A stretch of DNA of 64,000 bases from Octopus sinensis (taxonomy: Eukaryota): NCBI RefSeq assembly GCF_006345805.1, contig NC_043001.1:30380001-30444000 (forward strand), read 5' to 3'. Numbering within the stretch: position 1 is the first letter of the stretch; each line of letters opens with the position of its first letter. The notes below the pieces were generated by a model. The model searched no databases. It saw only the letters and a list, made by a program, of their open reading frames with translations, and had not been told where the DNA came from. Shown piece by piece: positions 58,737 to 64,000 of this stretch. Both the position numbers and the translations under genes were made by a program.

Positions 58737-59050
58737 ATACAAAATTTATAAGATATTTTGCACTTTTCCAGTAAGTGCTAGTATAAACTCAGCCCATTGG
58801 CTGGCAGGAACAAAAGAATATTGTATGGATTTACCAATAAGTTGAAGTTACAATTGTTGTTTGGTAGAACTATTCAGTTCTGCTTAATGAAACCTGTAGT
58901 GCAGTGGCAACAAGTCAAAAATTAGGAATAATATAAGTCTTGAAACCTAAATATAACATGTTTCAGACAATCAGTTCCTATGCTGTACCTGCTGTCTAGC
59001 AGTGGTTGACCATGTGCAACATTGTGTGGTGGTCAAACTGTGCTATATCA

Positions 59051-59222
59051 GGCGGCGAGCTGGCAGAAACGTTAGAATGCCGGGCGAAATGCGTAGCTGT
59101 ATTTCGTCTGCCATTACGTTCTGAGTTCAAATTCCACCAAGGTCGACTTTGCCTTTCATCCTTTCGGGGTAGACCTTGTTTGTCCTCTCTGTGTTTGGCC
59201 CCTTGTGGGTAGTAAAGAAATA
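59051..59222 (+). mobile_element. Internally deleted family B SINE with 20-bp TSD
   Basis: GGTCAAACTGTGCTATATCA at 59031-59050 and 59223-59242. Confidence 0.9.
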
Positions 59223-59684
59223 GGTCAAACTGTGCTATATCAGTTATATATAAGATAATTAACGATTTCAACTGCAAAACTCTGCAAGATGGATTGCACC
59301 TTTTAACAATATTTCTGGTAGTTAGAGCATTGTTCTAATAAATTAGCTCAGATTTATTTATTTCATTGTTGTCTTGATGAAAGTTCAGTATTAACTTTAT
59401 TTTCCAGTCAAGTTTATAAACAATCAAATCATTCCATTAATGTTAGCAGTGTGCTAGTTTATGTTTTAAGTCATGTTAAATAGGGTCTGAATTTTAGAAA
59501 CAGAAAATATCTGAATGAGATTAGAACAGATTGAGTAAGTATGCATTGCATTTCCATGTTTTTTAGTATGCTTTAGCCCTCACGGCTAAGGCCACACTAG
59601 AGCACTGCTCTAGCAATATTTATTAATCAAGATCATATTCATTTATGGTATTTGGCTCACAATTGTAAGGTCGTAAATTTGATT

Positions 59685-59960
59685 CCCAGCCTCATGTTGT
59701 GTCCTTGAACATGACCCTTTATTTTCATGTTACTCTAGTCCACTCAGCTGGCAAAAATAAATTGTACCCAGCCTCATGTTGTGTCCTTGAACAAGACCCT
59801 TTATTTTCATGTTGCTCTAGTGCACTTAGCTGGCAAAAATAAATTGTACCTGTATTTCAGAGGGGCCAGCCTTGTCACCCTGAATCTCCTTGAGAACTAC
59901 ATTGAGGGTACGTGTGTTTGTGAAGTGCTCAGCCACTCTCATGTTAATTTCACAAGCAGC
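59685..59960 (+). mobile_element. SINE body with an internal 82-bp tandem duplication
   Basis: CCCAGCCTCATGTTGTGTCCTTGAAC...AAATTGTACC at 59685 and 59767. Confidence 0.8.
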
Positions 59961-60155
59961 TGTTCCATTATTTGGATCAACTGGAACCCTCGTCATTGTA
60001 ACTAAGAGAGTACCAGTACTACAACATATAGATATAAGAACCCTGAATTTTAAAAACTAAAATAGGTTTCTTTTTTGTAATGTATTTTTTTAATGCCATC
60101 TTGAATTATTTGACTGAGATAATGAAATATTAATATAAATTATTTTGAATTTCAG

Positions 60156-60310
60156 ATTTTTAATGCTTTGGGGCCTTCTTCTTGGGTTCTTGCTATTTCT
60201 TGTCAGCCGAATCTGGTTTCTTAGCTTTGTACCTGCATGGTGGACCCAAACAACTAATACCATTATCATTTCAATTGCACTTGTGGTGAATATTGATCAC
60301 ATCATTTCAG
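60156..60310 (+). CDS. CWH43: CWH43 exon 3
   Basis: TTTCAG|ATTTTT...TTCAG|GTATGT; LWGLLLGFLLFLVSRIWFLSFVPAWW matches [25 protein letters not shown]; 155 nt. Confidence 0.93.
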
Positions 60311-60436
60311 GTATGTCACATTTCAACTTATTACCTTGATTTCTTAACACATTTTTTCCTTCTGCACCATATTACTTGTTGAAAATGTTCATCTTTGTCA
60401 GACCATATAAGTTAAGACAAACTAATTTTATATATA

Positions 60437-60750
60437 TGACTGTGTTGTAAGAAGTTTGCTTCCCAACCACATGGTTCTAGGTTCAGTCCCACTGCGTGGC
60501 ATGTCGGGCAAGTGTCTTCTACTACAGCTTCGGGCCAACCAAAGCCTTGTGAGTGAATTTAGTAGATGGAACCTGAGTGTAACTTTGTGTTTGTGTCCCA
60601 CCACTGTTTGACAACTGGTGTTGGTGTGTTTACATCCCCTTAGTGGTTTGGCAAAAAGAGACTGATAAAGTAAGTACCAGGCTTTAAAAATATTAAGTAC
60701 TGGAGTCAATTCATTTGACTAAAAATTCTTCAAGATGGTGCCCCCGAATA
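60437..60750 (+). mobile_element. A-D composite SINE (intermediate age)
   Basis: Matches the 10970 element. Confidence 0.8.
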
Positions 60751-61496
60751 GCCTAAAAGAAAAGGTTGGTGCTAATATGCTTAATGTAGAGGACCAAAAA
60801 ATGTTAATGAATTAAAATTCTACTTGTAATAAGAGTAAGAGTTAGTATCTTAATGACTAATTCTTGCCACCAAAGACAGGAGAGACAAATCCAATGATAT
60901 CGTCATTGTCATTACCTAACATCTGTTTTCCATGCCAGCATGGGTTGCACAGTTTGACAGGATCCAGCAAGCACCAATGTCAGTTTTGGCATAGTTTCAA
61001 CACCTGGATGCTCTTCTATTGCCAATTACATGACTGTGTACCAGGTGCTTTTTTTCATGTTACCAGCACGAGGGAGGTCACTAAAAAAACTAGCAAGACA
61101 AGACAGGAACAGAATAGGAAAAAAGCCCCTCTAACCAAGTCTGGAGTTGGTGTTAGTATTTGAGATGAGGAGGTGATTTTATGTTTCATGTTGAGAGGCG
61201 AAACCATGACAGAAGGACAAGCACAGGCAGAAAGATAAATGGTTATTTTGCATTACATAAAAGTGGGTGGGAGTAGCTGAGAAGAAGATAAAAATGGTTG
61301 TAATGGGGTGCCAATTTTAAAAAAATGGAATGTGAACAATGAAACAGTATGAGTATGATCATGGCAGTATGGTATAAACTCTGTATTTTGGATCTTAGCC
61401 CTTCTCAGTTAAGCATTGTCAAAGATGACTTATCAGGATTGATTGTTAAATTAATGATTCTATCTCCTCACCATAAGTCTTGGTTCACTACATTAA

Positions 61497-61717
61497 CCCT
61501 TTAGTGTTCACATTATTCTGCCAAAACTAATGCTTTTTAATCCACATTGTTTTAAACTAATCATGCATTATCTTGTAGCTATGAGATTTTGATGAGGTAG
61601 CTGTTAATTTTTAAAATGATATTGTAGGGTTGGTGTGAGAGACCAGATCTGGCCAGTTAGAACATAAAACAGGCAGAATACTTTTGGCCAGATATGGCCG
61701 GTTTAAATGCTAAAGGG
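61497..61717. mobile_element. piggyBac-like MITE
   Basis: TTAA|CCCTTTAG...CTAAAGGG|TTAA; sibling of 14861. Confidence 0.88.
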
Positions 61718-62574
61718 TTAATTCTGTTAACACTGGCAAAGCAAGACACTGGATATTTTTGCCTAGTCTTTCTTGACATTGCCTCCCTCTTTTTTTTCAC
61801 TGATGCACTCAATTTTTGATGTATTAATTTTCCTGAATATTCCCTTTCTTGTTCATTATTGTTGCTAAAGAGGCAGAAATTTTGTTCTGTCTTTAAATTT
61901 TCAATATTATTGCAGTTTGTTATTAGTTTATCTTACTTGATCATTAGTATGCTTTTGGTAATTTTTTCTGAAGTAGCTAAGAATTGACTAAGTATCTTAA
62001 CAGTGTGTGTGCATGCATATACACACATGCATACACATGCCACACACACACTAAAATTACTGTTTGGTCAAAATTTTAACTTCCCAATCATATGGTTTGG
62101 GGTTTAGTCCCCTTATATGAAACCTTGGCCAAGAGTCTTCTATTATAGCCCCAGGCCAACCAAAGCCTTGTTAATAGATTTGATAGATGCAAACAAAGAA
62201 ACCTGTCATAGATGTCTATGTGTTGTACATTTGTATCTCCTGGTTTTCTATATCGCTCATAAACTAATAAAAAAAGTTGCAAACTTCCATACAAGTATTG
62301 GCCTTTGTTTTCAGTCTTATATGAAAACATATTCAGACATGGGAAAATATTACTTTTCTTGGAAACATGTGGGTTGGTGGCAACAAGGACATCTGGCTGT
62401 TGAAAATTTGCCTCAGCAAATTCCATTTGACTCATGCAAGCATAGAAAAGTAGATATTAAAATGATGATAATGATGTTGATACACCATATTTTAACGTGT
62501 ATAAGGAACCATTTTTTTTTTGTCAAAAATGAGGTTAAAAAAAAATATGGGTGTTACTTATATATGGATAGTAA

Positions 62575-62956
62575 GAGTGGCTGTGTGGTAAGTAGCTTGC
62601 TACCTAACCACATGGTTCTGGGTTCAGTTCCACTGCGTGGCACCTTGGCCAAGTGTCTTCTACTATAGCCTTGGGCTGACCAAAGCTTTGTGAATGGATT
62701 TGGTAGACAGAAACTGAAAGAACCCCGTCATATATATGTATATATATGTATATTTGTGTGTCTGTGTTTGTCCCCCCAACATTGCTTGACAACCGATGCT
62801 GGTGTGTTTACGTCCCTGTAACTTAGCGGTTCGGCAAAAGAGACCGATAGAATAAGTACTAGGCTTACAAAGAATAAGTCCTGGGGGTCGATTTGCTCTA
62901 CTAAAGGCGGTGCTCCAGCATGGCCACAGTCAAATGACTGAAACAAGTAAAAGAGT
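62575..62956 (+). mobile_element. Young A-D composite SINE
   Basis: Matches the 10970 element. Confidence 0.88.
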
Positions 62957-63039
62957 ATTATAATCCCTTACAAAACTTTTTTTTACCAAATTTTAAGCCC
63001 CCAAAATTAGGGGGCTCCTTATACATGTTAAAATATGGT

Positions 63040-63274
63040 ATATATATATATATATATATATCATCATCATCATCATCATCGTTTAACGTCCGTTCTCCAT
63101 GCTAGTATGGGTTGGACAGTTCGATCGGGGATCTGGGAAGCCAGAAGGCTGCACCAGGCTCCAGTCTTATCTGGCAATGTTTCTACAGCTGGATGCCCTT
63201 CCTAACGCCAACCACTCCGTGAGTGTAGTGGGTGCTTTTTACGTGCCACCTGCACAGGTGCCAGGCGAGGCTGG

Positions 63275-63306
<32 letters not shown>

Positions 63307-63519
63307 CATCATCATCATCATCATCGTTTAACGTCCGTTCTCCATGCTAGTATGGGTTGGACAGTTCGATCGGGGATCTGGGAAGCCAGAAGGCTGCACC
63401 AGGCTCCAGTCTTATCTGGCAATGTTTCTACAGCTGGATGCCCTTCCTAACGCCAACCACTCCGTGAGTGTAGTGGGTGCTTTTTACGTGCCACCTGCAC
63501 AGGTGCCAGGCGAGGCTGG

Positions 63520-63576
<57 letters not shown>

Positions 63577-63593
63577 TACATATATATATATAT
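63040..63593 (-). repeat. Perfect tandem duplication (245-bp period) of an RTE 3'UTR copy bounded by (TA)n
   Basis: 63061-63277 is identical by eye to 63306-63522. Confidence 0.95.
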
Positions 63594-63670
63594 GCTTTAT
63601 TTCTTGTTCATTTATTATACTGATTATATATTTTCCTTTTTTCTTCCTTTTCATTGTTTTTATATTTTAG

Positions 63671-64000
63671 ATTTAACTGTTGAAATAAATTCTGCAAAAA
63701 CATCTTTAAACACAAACGGTAACTGTAAATTAGATGAGCAGAACAACTTGCCACATGACAGTGAAACAAAGAACAGCATACAAGATGTTTCAGCTGAGAA
63801 CAATACCTTAACTGATGTGCCTAATAAAACAACGAAAATTCAAAGTTGCAAAGAAGAAACACAGGAAAATTCTGAAGTTTCTACTCCAGTCACTAATGGT
63901 TTCACTTCTAATTCAAATAATGTCCACATTAGTCAAGCTTCCTTCTCGTCATCATCTCTACTCATTGGTATTGGTTTTGGTAGTCTTATATTCTTAACAG
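63671..64000 (+). CDS. CWH43: CWH43 exon 4 (runs off the window)
   Basis: TTTTAG|ATTTAA in phase 1, open to the window end; finishes SLLIGIGFGSLIFLT, matching WLLAGAAFGSLVFLT. Confidence 0.88.

Noticed and set aside
62117-62668. 183-aa plus-strand ORF
   Set aside because: Runs across a SINE, an RTE tail and another SINE; no protein motif.
63815-63997. 60-aa ORF MCLIKQRK...
   Set aside because: Alternative frame of CWH43 exon 4; the phase-consistent frame gives the conserved GFGSLIFLT.

Overview
AT-rich, intron-containing eukaryotic DNA packed with tRNA-derived SINEs, RTE/CR1 LINE remnants, Penelope-like tails, Helitrons, MITEs and Tc1/mariner relics. The repeat content strongly suggests an octopus (coleoid cephalopod) genome; this is an inference. 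Three protein-coding genes can be read. (1) CANT1, the calcium-activated nucleotidase: first coding exon on the minus strand at 5196-4539, with its remaining exons apparently left of the window. (2) RSL1D1: complete on the plus strand, 7 exons at 5429-15558, 352 aa, with every splice phase consistent. It lies head-to-head with CANT1, only 232 bp between the ATGs. (3) CWH43 (PGAP2-interacting protein): first four coding exons on the plus strand from 45336, running off the right edge. The most unusual signal is a set of type I hammerhead-ribozyme folds in Penelope-like tails. One repeated family (24931-24981, 29196-29246) appears to carry a swapped G3-C8 core pair (GUGAACA instead of CUGANGA), and one copy sits inside a ~120-bp fold-back. 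Other notable items: a ~1-1.5 kb inverted duplication (33310-34810 vs 43065-44085), a 5S rRNA-derived fragment, a SINE dimer inserted as one unit, a templated 19-nt insertion, a hydrophobic sORF or alternative first exon inside CWH43 intron 1, and a strongly expanded loop in CWH43. Repeat boundaries are approximate unless TSD/TIR coordinates are quoted. All alignments were done by eye, and human protein comparisons are from memory.
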